This document shows positions 1 to 8,791 of a stretch of DNA of 64,000 nucleotides, piece after piece (position 1 is the stretch's first letter; each line of letters starts with the position of its first letter). Under the pieces are notes generated by a model, which searched no databases, had not been told where the DNA came from, and saw only the letters and a list, made by a program, of their open reading frames with translations. The position numbers were made by a program, and so were the translations under genes. This DNA is from Janthinobacterium lividum (GTDB lineage Bacteria; Bacteroidota; Bacteroidia; Cytophagales; Hymenobacteraceae), in NCBI GenBank assembly GCA_050954665.1, contig JBPBPC010000044.1:18402-82401 (forward strand), written 5' to 3'.

Positions 1-1
1 A

Positions 2-70
2 GCCTGCGGCGCGGCCCTACTGGCCGCCGGGGCCTCGGAAATCAGCATCGCCACCATTGCCTGCGCCTGA
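2..70 (+). CDS. 3' end of an unidentified CDS entering from the left window edge (partial)
   Basis: The frame is open from the window edge to TGA at 68-70, with GC-rich third positions (..ACGAALLAAGASEISIATIACA*). It is too short to identify. Confidence 0.3.
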   Translation, partial: ACGAALLAAGASEISIATIACA

Positions 71-85
71 AAAGACGGGGCCCCT

Positions 86-124
86 AAAAAGCAAAAAGCC
101 ACCTCCCCTAGGAAGTGGCCTTTT
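86..124 (-). terminator. Rho-independent-type terminator downstream of the GldJ-like gene
   Basis: Hairpin AAAAAGCCAC (93-102) / GTGGCCTTTT (115-124). On the minus strand it is followed by a T-rich run (complement of AAAAAGCAAAAA at 86-97). It lies 20 nt after the stop at 144. Confidence 0.6.
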
Positions 125-143
125 GCATGCAAAGCGAAACGAA

Positions 144-1391
144 TTACTTGTTCGAGCCGGCGTTGATCATCGCGCAGCGGAAACCGATGGTGGCCGTGGC
201 CGAATCCTGGGCCATGAAGCGGCGGGTGCCGGGCGAGAGCCAGTAGGCCACGTCGCGCCACGAGCCGCCTTTGTACACGCGCACCTTGTCGTCGATCAGG
301 GACTGGTAGCCTTTTTTGTCATACCTCTCGGCGGGATCCAGCACGCCGTTGCGGCGGAAGGGGTTCAGGTCTTCCACGTCCTGGTACGAAAGGGGGCGGT
401 ATACGTCCTGCACCCACTCGTTCACGTTGCCAGCCATGTTGTAGAGGCCGTAGTCGTTGGGCGGATAGGCGTAAATCTGCTCCGTAATCATGGCGCCGTC
501 GTTCAGGCTGCCAGCAATGCCAGCGTAGTCGCCGCGGCCACGCTTGAAGTTGGCCAGGAACTGGCCCTGCTTGCGGCCGTAGGCGTTGCGGGTAGTGCGG
601 CCATCCCAAGGATAAATGCGCTTTTCCTCCTGGTTCTCGTTGCCTACCTCCTGGGTGCCGATGAGGGCCAGGGCGGCGTACTCCCACTCGGCCTCGGTGG
701 GCAGGCGGTAGTTGGGCAGCGTGTTGCCATTTTCGATGGAGATGCGGTTCTTGCTATCGGCGGCAGCGGTGCCTTCGGCGGCGGTGGCGCCCTTCTTTTT
801 GCGCGAGAACAAGCCCCCGCCTTTTTTGCCCGAGCTATTTACTTCTGTTGCCAAGCCTTCGTTTACCTTGGCGGTGCGCCAAGTGCAATAGTCGTTGGCT
901 TGCAGCCAGCTCACCCCTACTACGGGGAAGTAGCGGAAGCCGGGATAGCGCAAGTAATACGTCACGTAAGGGTCGTTGAATGACAGATCGCGGGCCCACA
1001 CGGTGGTGTCGGGCAGGGCCGACTTATAAAATTCTTCCGCCGAGTCAGTGCGGATATAGTGCAAATATTCCAGCCAGTGGATGTTGGCCACTTCGGCTTC
1101 ATCCATATAGAACGAGGCAATGGTGACGGTGCGCTCGATGTTGTCGTGCGAGAGCGTCACATCCTCCTCCTGGGTGCCCAAAACGGTACGGCCGCCCTCG
1201 ATGAATACAAGGCCCGGACCGGCCGGAATGCCCTTGTAGCTGGACACCTGCATGCCTTTTTCGGTGTTGTATTCGACCCCCGTAGTCGACGACTCCTTCC
1301 CGGGGTTGGTAGCGCTGCGCTGGCCGTCCTTGCAGCTCGCTAAGGCCCCGAGTGCAAGTGCGCCCAGGCATAGATAGTTGGATAATTTCAT
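144..1391 (-). CDS. SUMF1/FGE-fold lipoprotein, GldJ-like (gliding/T9SS-associated)
   Basis: 415 aa with lipoprotein signal MKLSNYLCLGALALGALASC. FGE/SUMF1-type motifs are present (PVVGVSWLQANDYCTWR, GNVNEWVQD, GGSWRD..GFRCA). The N-terminal half resembles GldJ (YNTEKG, FYMDEAEV, LPDTTVW, YLRYPG). No gldL/M/N follows, so GldJ is preferred over GldK/PorK. Confidence 0.6.
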   Translation of the reverse strand: MKLSNYLCLGALALGALASCKDGQRSATNPGKESSTTGVEYNTEKGMQVSSYKGIPAGPGLVFIEGGRTVLGTQEEDVTLSHDNIERTVTIASFYMDEAEVANIHWLEYLHYIRTDSAEEFYKSALPDTTVWARDLSFNDPYVTYYLRYPGFRYFPVVGVSWLQANDYCTWRTAKVNEGLATEVNSSGKKGGGLFSRKKKGATAAEGTAAADSKNRISIENGNTLPNYRLPTEAEWEYAALALIGTQEVGNENQEEKRIYPWDGRTTRNAYGRKQGQFLANFKRGRGDYAGIAGSLNDGAMITEQIYAYPPNDYGLYNMAGNVNEWVQDVYRPLSYQDVEDLNPFRRNGVLDPAERYDKKGYQSLIDDKVRVYKGGSWRDVAYWLSPGTRRFMAQDSATATIGFRCAMINAGSNK

Positions 1392-1472
1392 GACTAGACT
1401 AGTTCAACTAGGGGTGAGAAATCGTTATCAGTAGTATTTCGGTTGCAATTTAAATGCAATATTACAAAGAAT

Positions 1473-2531
1473 CTAGAATGCTGGGCAAGGCGCGATAGGA
1501 TAATTTCTCCGGCGCAGGCGCTGGTAGGCATTTTCGAGCTTATCAAACGCCCGAATGGCCAAAGTTATTTCGTGGGCTCCGCCTAAATTTGCGCTTAAGC
1601 TGCTCAGGCCCACGTCGTAGCTGTAGCCCAGGCGCAGGCCCCCGGCCTGCACCCCCGCCACCAAGGCCAGCACGTGCTGCGGCCCAACGCCGGTGTTGCC
1701 GAAAAGGTTGCGGTACACGGCCCCGAGCGTGACGGGCGACGCGGTGAAATACAATCCGGCCTCGACGCGCTGCGAGCCGCCCTGCCGGCTGTAGGCCGCC
1801 ACGGGCGTATAACTCAGTTCGCGGGTGGCCCGGCCGGGGCCCGGTTTCGCGGCAAAAAATTTGTAGCCGCCGCTCACGTTCAGCAGCAGCGGCAACTGGC
1901 TTTGGGCCCGAAACCCAAGGCTGGGCTGGTTGAGGTGCTGCCCGGCGATGCTCAGCCAGGCCTGGTCGGAGTACAGCACGACGCCGGTGCCCACGCTGAA
2001 GTAGTTACTGGGCGCGAAGTCGATGGCCTCGGCCGAGGGCCCCGTGAGCTGGCCGTCGGCCGAAATTTGGTCGCCGAACGTGAAGTTGCCGTAGCTGACG
2101 CGCTGGCGGCCGTAGCTGGCGCGCAGGCCCCCGCTCAGGGCCACCTGCCGGTTCAGGCGGGTGTGGTAGGCATACAAGGCCCCGGCCTGGATGCGGGTGT
2201 AGCCCACGGAGCCCGCCTGGTCCTTGTCCACGAGCAGGCCGAAGGCGTGGTGCTGGCCGGGCCGGTCGGGCCGCCAGTCGGCCGCGGCCTGGGTGGTCAC
2301 GAACGAGCCCGCCAGCGTGGGCAGTTGGTTGCGGTAACTCAGCGTCACGCTGTAGTCGTCGAGCAGGCCGGCGAAGGCCGGGTTGGCGTGCAGGCGCGTG
2401 GCGAAGGGCTGCGAAAAGTACACGTCTTGGGCCTGGGCGGCGGGCGCGGCCAGGCCCACGGCCAGCAGCAGCGCCGCGCCGCGCCCCAGCCAGCGGGCCG
2501 AGGCCCCGCGCAGTGAAAGAGAGCAGAGCAT
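1473..2531 (-). CDS. PorP/SprF family type IX secretion system membrane protein
   Basis: The track ORF 1473..2900 is trimmed to ATG 2531 (MLCSLSLRG..LAAPAAQAQ signal). The mature N-terminus DVYFSQPFATRLHANPAFAG fits the PorP/SprF signature (xxFSQ..NPAxAG). The body has a beta-barrel-like alternating pattern. Confidence 0.8.
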   Translation of the reverse strand: MLCSLSLRGASARWLGRGAALLLAVGLAAPAAQAQDVYFSQPFATRLHANPAFAGLLDDYSVTLSYRNQLPTLAGSFVTTQAAADWRPDRPGQHHAFGLLVDKDQAGSVGYTRIQAGALYAYHTRLNRQVALSGGLRASYGRQRVSYGNFTFGDQISADGQLTGPSAEAIDFAPSNYFSVGTGVVLYSDQAWLSIAGQHLNQPSLGFRAQSQLPLLLNVSGGYKFFAAKPGPGRATRELSYTPVAAYSRQGGSQRVEAGLYFTASPVTLGAVYRNLFGNTGVGPQHVLALVAGVQAGGLRLGYSYDVGLSSLSANLGGAHEITLAIRAFDKLENAYQRLRRRNYPIAPCPAF

Positions 2532-2694
2532 ATGGGCAGGCAAAACGCAGTTGGGCCCGGTTTTGGTACGGCCGGCCAACGAAAGTACGGCCGGGGGCCC
2601 TGGAAACGAACGCCGGACCTCGGGCCCGCCGTTTAAAGCGAAGGCAACGGGCGGCCGTTCTATTTTTGCCCCGTTCACTTTACTACGATTGGCT

Positions 2695-5600
2695 ATGCGG
2701 AAGATTCTGATTGGTTTGGGCGTGTTCGTGCTGCTGCTGCTGGCGGCCGTGGTGGCCGCCCCGTTCCTGTTCAAAGACAAGCTCAGGGCCTTGGCCGACA
2801 AGCAAATTGCCCAGCGCGTGCGCGCCCAGGTGCAGTACGACCCGAACAACATTGACGTGAGTGTGCTCCACTCCTTTCCTGATTTGACGCTGGACATCAA
2901 GGACCTGCGCGTGATCGGGCTCGACTCGTTCAGCCGCGATACGCTGGCCTACTTGCCCGGCCTGCGCGTGGGCCTCGACGTGATGACGGTCCTCAAGGGG
3001 CAGGAAATCAAGATTAACAACGTGGAGCTGGACCGGCCCGACCTTAGCCTGCGCAAGCTAAAAAGCGGCCGCATGAACTGGGACGTGATGATTTCCGACT
3101 CGGCCGCCGCCGCCAAGGGGCAGGACACCAGCCAGGTGCGGCTGGCCATCAAGGGCTGGAAAATTACCGATGGCCACCTGCGCTACGAAGACCTGACCCT
3201 GCCCGTGCGCGTGGAGGCCCGCCAGGTGAACCACACCGGCAGCGGCGACTTCGCCAGCAACGTGTTCGACATGACGTCGAAAACCACCGCCGGCCGCCTC
3301 AACCTGACCTACGGCGGCGTGGCCTACGTGACGGACAAAAAGCTCGACGCCGACGTGACGATGAACATGGACCTGAATAAAAACCTGTACACGTTCAAAG
3401 ACAACAAAATCAAGCTCAACGACTTCCCGTTCAGTTTTGCCGGGGCCGTTGGCCTGCCCAACGCCACGGACATCACCTACGACGTGACGTTTAGGGCCCT
3501 GGAAACGGACTTCAAAACCCTTCTTAGCCTGGTGCCGGGTGTGTACACCGACAAGTTCAAGAACGTGGAAACCAGCGGCCAGGTGGCCTTCGACGGCTAC
3601 TACAAGGGGACGCAAAACGCGCTGCGCATGCCGGGCTACGGCGTGAACCTGGCCGTGACCAACGGCCGCTTCAAGTACCCCGACTTGCCGCAGGAAGCCA
3701 AGAATATCAACGTGAAAATGGTGGTAGACAACCCATCGGGCTTCACCAACAACGTGAAAGTGAACGTGTCGCAGTTTCACCTCGACCTGGGGCCCAACCC
3801 CGTGGACGGCAACGTGACCGTGGACGGCCTGGACCCGATGAAGGTGGACGGCCGCGTGAAGGCCAACGTGAACCTGGCCGAGGCGCTGAAGGTGTACCCG
3901 GTGCCCGGCCTCAACATGCGCGGCCAGCTGGCGGTGGACGCCACGGGCAAAGGCACCTACTCGAAAACCCAGATGCCGGTGGTGAACGCCGCCATCAAAA
4001 TGACCAACGGCTACGTGAAGTCGAACAAGTTTCCGGCCCCGATCGAGGACATCAACCTGAGCGGGACGGTGGTGAACACGACGGGCCAGGTGAACGACAC
4101 GCAGATCAACCTGCCGCAGTTCCACATGGTGCTGGAGGGCGAGCCACTCGACGGCCGCCTTACGGCCCACAACATCAACCAGCCGGTGTTCGACGCCAAC
4201 GTGAAGGGCACGGTGGACTTGACCAAGATTACCAAGATTTTCCCGCTCGACGGCATGACGGTGACCGGGCGCGTGAGCGGCAACATCGCCGCCGCCGGCA
4301 ACATGGCCGACGTGGAGGCCGGCCGCTACCAGAACGTGAAAGCCAGCGGCACGGTGCAGGCCAAGAACGTGACCTACAGGAGCAAAGACCTGCCGCAGGG
4401 CGTGAACATCAGCAGCGCCGCGGGCACGTTCAACAACAACCAGATTGCCATTCAGAGCCTGAACGGCACGGCCGGCAGCTCCGACTTTGCGGCCAACGGC
4501 ACGGTGAGCAACTACCTGGGCTACCTCTTCACGCCGGGCCAGGCGCTGAAGGGCACGATGAACGTGACCTCGCACAACTTCAACGTGAACGAGTTCATGG
4601 TGGACCCCGTGAGCAACAAATCGACCGCCACCGGCAAGGGGGCCCCGGCGAAGGCCGACGGCGTGCTGGAAATCCCGAAGTTCTTCGACCTAGTGCTGAA
4701 CAGCAAGGTGGACAACGTGACCTACGACAACCTGAAGCTGACCAATGCCGCGGGCACGGTGGCCGTGAACAACCAGATTGCTACGCTGAAGAACTTGACC
4801 TTCAACACGCTGGGGGCCACCTTCGGCACCACGGGCAGCTACAACACCCAAAACCTGGCCCACCCCAAATTTGACTTGGGGCTGAACATCAAAAACCTCG
4901 ATTTCCAGAACGCCTTCAAGGCATTCAACACGGTGAAGGCGCTGGTGCCACTGGCCTCGGCGGTGCAGGGCGTGTTCGGCACCAACTTCAACGTGAGCGG
5001 CGAAATGGGCCAGGACATGTTCCCCAAGCTGAACACGCTGAGCGGCACGGGCTTGTTTGACATTGTGAAGGCTAGCGTGTTGCAGTCGCCGGTGCTGGGC
5101 CAGATTTCGAGCCTCACGACCTTGCCTGAACTCAAAAACCTGCAAGTGCTGAACAAGATCGTGAACGCCCAAATCGTGAACGGCAACTTCGTGGTGAAGC
5201 CCTTCGACCTGACGGTGGGCGACGTAAAAATGACCTTGGGCGGCTCGAACAGCTTGGCGGGCCTGCTCTCCTACGCCGCGGCCATCAACGCGCCCACCGG
5301 CAAGCTGGGCAACGCGCTGAACAGCAAGCTCACGCAGCTCACCGGCGTGCAAAACATCCAGGGCACCGACCGGGTGACGCTGGGCCTGAACATCGGCGGC
5401 AATATGACGAGCCCGCTGGTGAAGCTGACCAGCGGCAGCCTCAAGGACCAAGGCAAAGCCATTGTAACCAACGTGGTGAAAACCAAGCTCACCGACGCCC
5501 TACTGGGCCTGGCCACCAAGAACAGGGCCAAGACCGACAGCACCCAAAAAGCCACCGCCACCACCCAGCAAAACTCGCAGGAGCAACTGAACCTAGAGGT

Positions 5601-5724
5601 GCAGAAGAAGAAGCTGGAAGCGCAGGAAAAGGCCAAGCAAGCCATCGGCGCAGGCCTCAACAGCTTGTTCGGCGGCCGCAAAAAAGCCGCCGCACCAGCC
5701 GCCGCAGATACGGCGAGGAAATAG
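2695..5724 (+). CDS. AsmA-family outer-membrane biogenesis protein
   Basis: The track ORF is trimmed to ATG 2695 (MRKILIGLGVFVLLLLAAVVAAPFLFKDK, an N-terminal anchor typical of AsmA). The body is 1009 aa, beta-rich and repetitive, with a Lys/Gln/Ala-rich tail. Confidence 0.8.
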   Translation: MRKILIGLGVFVLLLLAAVVAAPFLFKDKLRALADKQIAQRVRAQVQYDPNNIDVSVLHSFPDLTLDIKDLRVIGLDSFSRDTLAYLPGLRVGLDVMTVLKGQEIKINNVELDRPDLSLRKLKSGRMNWDVMISDSAAAAKGQDTSQVRLAIKGWKITDGHLRYEDLTLPVRVEARQVNHTGSGDFASNVFDMTSKTTAGRLNLTYGGVAYVTDKKLDADVTMNMDLNKNLYTFKDNKIKLNDFPFSFAGAVGLPNATDITYDVTFRALETDFKTLLSLVPGVYTDKFKNVETSGQVAFDGYYKGTQNALRMPGYGVNLAVTNGRFKYPDLPQEAKNINVKMVVDNPSGFTNNVKVNVSQFHLDLGPNPVDGNVTVDGLDPMKVDGRVKANVNLAEALKVYPVPGLNMRGQLAVDATGKGTYSKTQMPVVNAAIKMTNGYVKSNKFPAPIEDINLSGTVVNTTGQVNDTQINLPQFHMVLEGEPLDGRLTAHNINQPVFDANVKGTVDLTKITKIFPLDGMTVTGRVSGNIAAAGNMADVEAGRYQNVKASGTVQAKNVTYRSKDLPQGVNISSAAGTFNNNQIAIQSLNGTAGSSDFAANGTVSNYLGYLFTPGQALKGTMNVTSHNFNVNEFMVDPVSNKSTATGKGAPAKADGVLEIPKFFDLVLNSKVDNVTYDNLKLTNAAGTVAVNNQIATLKNLTFNTLGATFGTTGSYNTQNLAHPKFDLGLNIKNLDFQNAFKAFNTVKALVPLASAVQGVFGTNFNVSGEMGQDMFPKLNTLSGTGLFDIVKASVLQSPVLGQISSLTTLPELKNLQVLNKIVNAQIVNGNFVVKPFDLTVGDVKMTLGGSNSLAGLLSYAAAINAPTGKLGNALNSKLTQLTGVQNIQGTDRVTLGLNIGGNMTSPLVKLTSGSLKDQGKAIVTNVVKTKLTDALLGLATKNRAKTDSTQKATATTQQNSQEQLNLEVQKKKLEAQEKAKQAIGAGLNSLFGGRKKAAAPAAADTARK

Positions 5725-5740
5725 ATTTCTAGTGGTTTAA

Positions 5741-5792
5741 CTGCAAACACAGGGCCCCGTTCTTGCTGGAGAATGGGGCCCTGTGTTTGCAG
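5741..5792. terminator. Bidirectional hairpin between convergent genes
   Basis: Perfect 18-bp stem CTGCAAACACAGGGCCCC (5741-5758) / GGGGCCCTGTGTTTGCAG (5775-5792) with a 16-nt loop. It lies between the AsmA stop (5724) and the thioredoxin-like stop (5848). Confidence 0.65.
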
Positions 5793-5847
5793 CGCGTAGT
5801 ATGACCGAGGGTCAGCGTAGCTAAGGCTGTGTTGCAGCCTGGGGGCC

Positions 5848-6450
5848 CTAGGCCAGCTTTTGCACCAAGGCCAGCAGCTCGTGCTGGGTGGTACGGGTGG
5901 CGTCCTGGGCGTACCAGCCGTGGAGCTGCGCGGCCAGCTCGGGGAAGGGCGTCTGGCGGGCTTTCAGGTGCTGAAACAGCGTTTGGGCCGGGGCCGGGCG
6001 GGGGCCCCACACGGCGGCCTCGGCCAGCGAGTCGGCGCGGAGCACGGCGGTCATCGGGATGGCGCGGCCACCGTTGGTGAGGTAGCGGTCGATGAGGTCG
6101 GGGTTGGCGTCGCGCAGGAAGTAGCGGGTTTCGAGGTGGCCGCCGCTGGCCTGTGCCACGGCTTCGATGACGGGCACGAGCTGGGCCGCGTCGCCGCACC
6201 AGCCTTCGGTGATGACCAGCCAAACGTATTGCTGCGTAAGGGTTTGCAGCGCCGCTTGCAGCTCGGGCAGCACGGCCACCGTGGGGGCCAGGGCGTTCAT
6301 GCGGTCCTCGCCTTCTTGGTAGTAGGGCAGCATTTTGGCCAGTTGCGGGTCGGGGCCCTGGGTGGCCAGCACGTCGGCGCTGTGTTGGCGGTAGGCAGCG
6401 TACGTGAGGCCAGTGGCCAGTTGGTCGGCGGTGAGGGCGGGGACGGGCAT
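5848..6450 (-). CDS. Thioredoxin-family protein (single-Cys WCGD type)
   Basis: Trimmed to ATG 6450 (MPVPALTAD..). A thioredoxin-fold core is visible (YVWLVITEGWCGDAAQLVP ... GGRAIPMTAVL). The stop TAG overlaps a GGGCCCCC motif. Confidence 0.7.
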   Translation of the reverse strand: MPVPALTADQLATGLTYAAYRQHSADVLATQGPDPQLAKMLPYYQEGEDRMNALAPTVAVLPELQAALQTLTQQYVWLVITEGWCGDAAQLVPVIEAVAQASGGHLETRYFLRDANPDLIDRYLTNGGRAIPMTAVLRADSLAEAAVWGPRPAPAQTLFQHLKARQTPFPELAAQLHGWYAQDATRTTQHELLALVQKLA

Positions 6451-6547
6451 GGAATGGAGTAAAGCGTGGGACCCTATAACAAACAAGCCGCGAAAAGTTG
6501 CCCGGTACCAGCCCGGGCCGGTACCGGGGCCCCAGCCTTAAACGCAA

Positions 6548-6583
6548 GCAGGCCGCCCGGCAACTAAATGCCAGGCGGCCTGC
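6548..6583 (-). terminator. Hairpin downstream of the DinB-family gene
   Basis: GCAGGCCGCC (6548-6557) / GGCGGCCTGC (6574-6583) with a 16-nt loop, about 20 nt after the stop at 6604. Confidence 0.45.
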
Positions 6584-6603
6584 TAAGGCATTGCCAGGAA
6601 CCG

Positions 6604-7095
6604 CTACAGCTGCGGCGCTACTTGGCCGCTCTGCTCGCGGCAGTAGGTGATGAAGTCGGAGTTGACGGGCTCCAGGCCGCCTTCGCGCATCCTCACGGCC
6701 ACCTGGCCGCGGTGGTAGCTGGCGTGCACCACGCAGTGCGTCAGGACGTCGCTCACCTGCGAGTCGAACGCATCGCCCTGGGAGTTAGAATATTGAATGT
6801 GGCGCAGCAGCTCGGTTTCGTCAGCGTTGGCGCAGAGGTCGGCAAAGGTTTGCGAGGTTTGCTCGTGCCAGTGGTGCAGGCCGGCCAGGTCGTGCTCCTG
6901 CCACACCTTGAGGGGGCTGGCGGTGCCCGAAAGGCGGGCAATCCAAATGGCCTGCGCGTTGATGACGTGGCTGAAAATGCGCAGCGCGGGCTGGGGGGCC
7001 TCCTGGCCGGCGGCTACCGACGAGTCGAGGCGGCGCAGCAGCGTTTCGTTGGCCCACACGTTGAAGGTCCCAAGCTTGGCGATGGTGTTAATCAT
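6604..7095 (-). CDS. DinB-family (four-helix bundle, metal-binding) protein
   Basis: Trimmed to ATG 7095 (MINTIAKLGTFNVWANETLL..). The pattern is DinB-like, with conserved His positions (HVINAQAIW .. HHWHEQT .. HASYHRGQV). Confidence 0.75.
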   Translation of the reverse strand: MINTIAKLGTFNVWANETLLRRLDSSVAAGQEAPQPALRIFSHVINAQAIWIARLSGTASPLKVWQEHDLAGLHHWHEQTSQTFADLCANADETELLRHIQYSNSQGDAFDSQVSDVLTHCVVHASYHRGQVAVRMREGGLEPVNSDFITYCREQSGQVAPQL

Positions 7096-7173
7096 GGTTA
7101 AAAAAGAAGGGTGAATGAGCAACGGCGCCCGTTTTCCGTGGGCCGCCCCGCAAAGTTCGGCGGTTTGCGGGCA

Positions 7174-7638
7174 TCAGCGGGGGTCCTGCCACACCAGTTT
7201 CTCGTTGGCCTTGCGCTTGTCGAAGTTGGCGCACTGGCCGTCGCCCTTGCCCGTAATGCCGCCGTCGGGGTGGCACAGCACGTTGCCCTTGGTGTCGTAC
7301 ACCGTCGATTGCTGGTCGCAGCAGGGGGCCGTTTCCCAGTACACCGTCTGGTCTTTGTACACGTAGCGGTAGATGCGGACGACGGGGTACTGCTTGCGGT
7401 GGCCCAGCGTTTCGGCAATGCGGGCCTTCACCCACTGGGGCCGGGCGGTGGTGTCCTCAATGGCCACGCGGGCCGGCACGGCGTCCACGGTGTTGGCCGA
7501 CGTGGGAGCGGGGGTACTGTTTTCGGTGATGCTGTTGCCGTTGGGCTGGGTGGTGGGCGTGCCCACCGTCACGCGGTCGGCGCCGCAGGCGGAGGCCAGC
7601 AGCAGGGTGGCGGCACAAAGGGTAGGCAACGGGCGCAT
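7174..7638 (-). CDS. Hypothetical Cys-rich lipoprotein
   Basis: 154 aa with lipobox LLLASAC, a Thr/Pro/Asn-rich linker, then a compact Cys-containing domain (APCCDQQ..VLCHPDG..GQCANF). Confidence 0.6.
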   Translation of the reverse strand: MRPLPTLCAATLLLASACGADRVTVGTPTTQPNGNSITENSTPAPTSANTVDAVPARVAIEDTTARPQWVKARIAETLGHRKQYPVVRIYRYVYKDQTVYWETAPCCDQQSTVYDTKGNVLCHPDGGITGKGDGQCANFDKRKANEKLVWQDPR

Positions 7639-7776
7639 AGCGGAGGAGGTTGGCGAGGAATGAAAGCGTAAAAACGAGCGGCCCGGGGCCCTAACAGCCC
7701 CGTGGCATCCGCTGGGCTTACCGTTACGCCTCGGCCGGCCAATGGTTCCTTTTGCGCGCCAGGGCCGGCCGCCGCT

Positions 7777-8166
7777 TCAGCGCAGCACGTAGGGCCCAAA
7801 CACCAGGGCCCCCACCACCAGGGCCCCCAGCGCGGCCAGCAGCACGGCGCCGGCGGCCACGTCCTTGGCCCTTCCGGCCAGGGCGTGGTAGTTGGGCGAG
7901 GCCAGGTCGGTGAGGGCTTCGACGGCGGTGTTCACCAGTTCGGCCGTCCACACGCCGGCCGCGGCCAGCGCCACCAGGGCCCACTCCAGCCGGGCAATGC
8001 CGTAGTACAAGCCCAGCCCGATAACCGCCGCCGTGGCTACGGCGTGGAAGCGCAGGTGCAGCTCGGAGCGCAGGGCCGCGCCCACCCCGCGAAAAGCGTG
8101 GCCAAAGCTGGCCACGCGCCGCCGCAGCACCTTGGCCGAAAGGCCGCGGGGCCGCGGGCTACGCAT
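7777..8166 (-). CDS. dgkA: Diacylglycerol kinase family protein
   Basis: Three-TM DgkA pattern (SELHLRFH .. TAELVNTAVEALTDL .. AKDVAAGAVLL). The first ATG is at 8166; the track start 8178 is TTG. It overlaps the upstream GNAT stop by 8 nt. Confidence 0.85.
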   Translation of the reverse strand: MRSPRPRGLSAKVLRRRVASFGHAFRGVGAALRSELHLRFHAVATAAVIGLGLYYGIARLEWALVALAAAGVWTAELVNTAVEALTDLASPNYHALAGRAKDVAAGAVLLAALGALVVGALVFGPYVLR

Positions 8167-8746
8167 CAAACTCGGCAAATACAGAGTGCCGCAGTGCGTC
8201 CCATTCGGGCCGGATGATGCTGAAAATCACCGTGTCGCGCCGGACGTTGTCCTGCGTGAGGCGGTGGCGGCGCAGGGTGCCTTCCTCGGTGGCGCCCATG
8301 CGGCGCATGGCGCTCTGCGACTGCACGTTGCGGCTGTCGGTTTCCAGCTCCACCCGCTCAAATTGCAGCACGTCGAAGGCGTGGCACAGCAGCAAGTGCT
8401 TGGCCGCCCGGTTCAGGCCGGTGCGCTGAAACGCGGTACCCACCCAAGTGTGGCCGATGCTCAGGCGCTGGTCGTCGGGCGCCACGTTGTAGTAGCTGGT
8501 GCTGCCGGCCAGCGCGCCCGTGTCCCGGTCGACGATGGCAAACGGGTAGCGCCGGCCGGCCTGGCGGTCGTGCACGGCGGTAGCCACGTACGCGGCCAGG
8601 CTCACGGCGTCGTCGGCGCGGCTGAGGGTGTAGCGCCAGATTTCGGGGTCGAAGGCCACGGCCTTGAGGGCCTCAAAATCGGCGGTTTCGAGGGGCCGCA
8701 GGCGCACGCGGCGGTTTTCCAGCACGAGGTTCTTGGTAAAATCCAT
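8159..8746 (-). CDS. GNAT-family N-acetyltransferase (RimJ/RimL-like)
   Basis: 195 aa. N-terminus VRLRPLETADFEALKAV, and an acetyl-CoA site region QRTGLNRAAKHLLLCHAFD. Confidence 0.85.
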   Translation of the reverse strand: MDFTKNLVLENRRVRLRPLETADFEALKAVAFDPEIWRYTLSRADDAVSLAAYVATAVHDRQAGRRYPFAIVDRDTGALAGSTSYYNVAPDDQRLSIGHTWVGTAFQRTGLNRAAKHLLLCHAFDVLQFERVELETDSRNVQSQSAMRRMGATEEGTLRRHRLTQDNVRRDTVIFSIIRPEWDALRHSVFAEFDA

Positions 8747-8791
8747 AGCCTTGCAAAGATGCCAAAATAAAAAGCTGCGCCGGCTTGGGGC

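Noticed and set aside
57-983. 308-aa plus-strand ORF overlapping the GldJ-like gene. Similar long alternative-frame ORFs: 1674-2516(+), 3058-4575(-), 4690-5451(-), 5729-6547(-), 9780-11141(+), 10306-11289(-), 11752-13896(-), 14411-15436(-), 15767-17977(-), 18133-19092(-), 21478-22332(-), 23362-24306(-), 28986-29750(+), 30446-31741(-), 32645-33520(-), 33883-34647(-), 38422-39114(+), 54008-55471(+), 55549-57216(+), 58637-59854(-), 60898-62094(+).
   Set aside because: Their composition is Arg/Ala/Gly/His/Val/Pro-rich with no recognisable motif. Each mirrors a gene on the other strand or frame that has clear family signatures. These are typical shadow ORFs of high-GC DNA.
144-1391. Calling the FGE-fold lipoprotein PorK/GldK because it follows a porP-like gene.
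   Set aside because: No gldL/M/N-like genes follow; a terminator and an opposite-strand gene end are found instead. The N-terminal half also resembles GldJ more than GldK. It is kept as GldJ-like with moderate confidence.
2383-2900. Mutually overlapping 5' extensions of the AsmA (2383-2694) and PorP/SprF (2532-2900) track ORFs.
   Set aside because: Both extensions are low-complexity and overlap each other in the divergent intergenic region. Internal ATGs at 2695 and 2531 give proper membrane-anchor and signal sequences.
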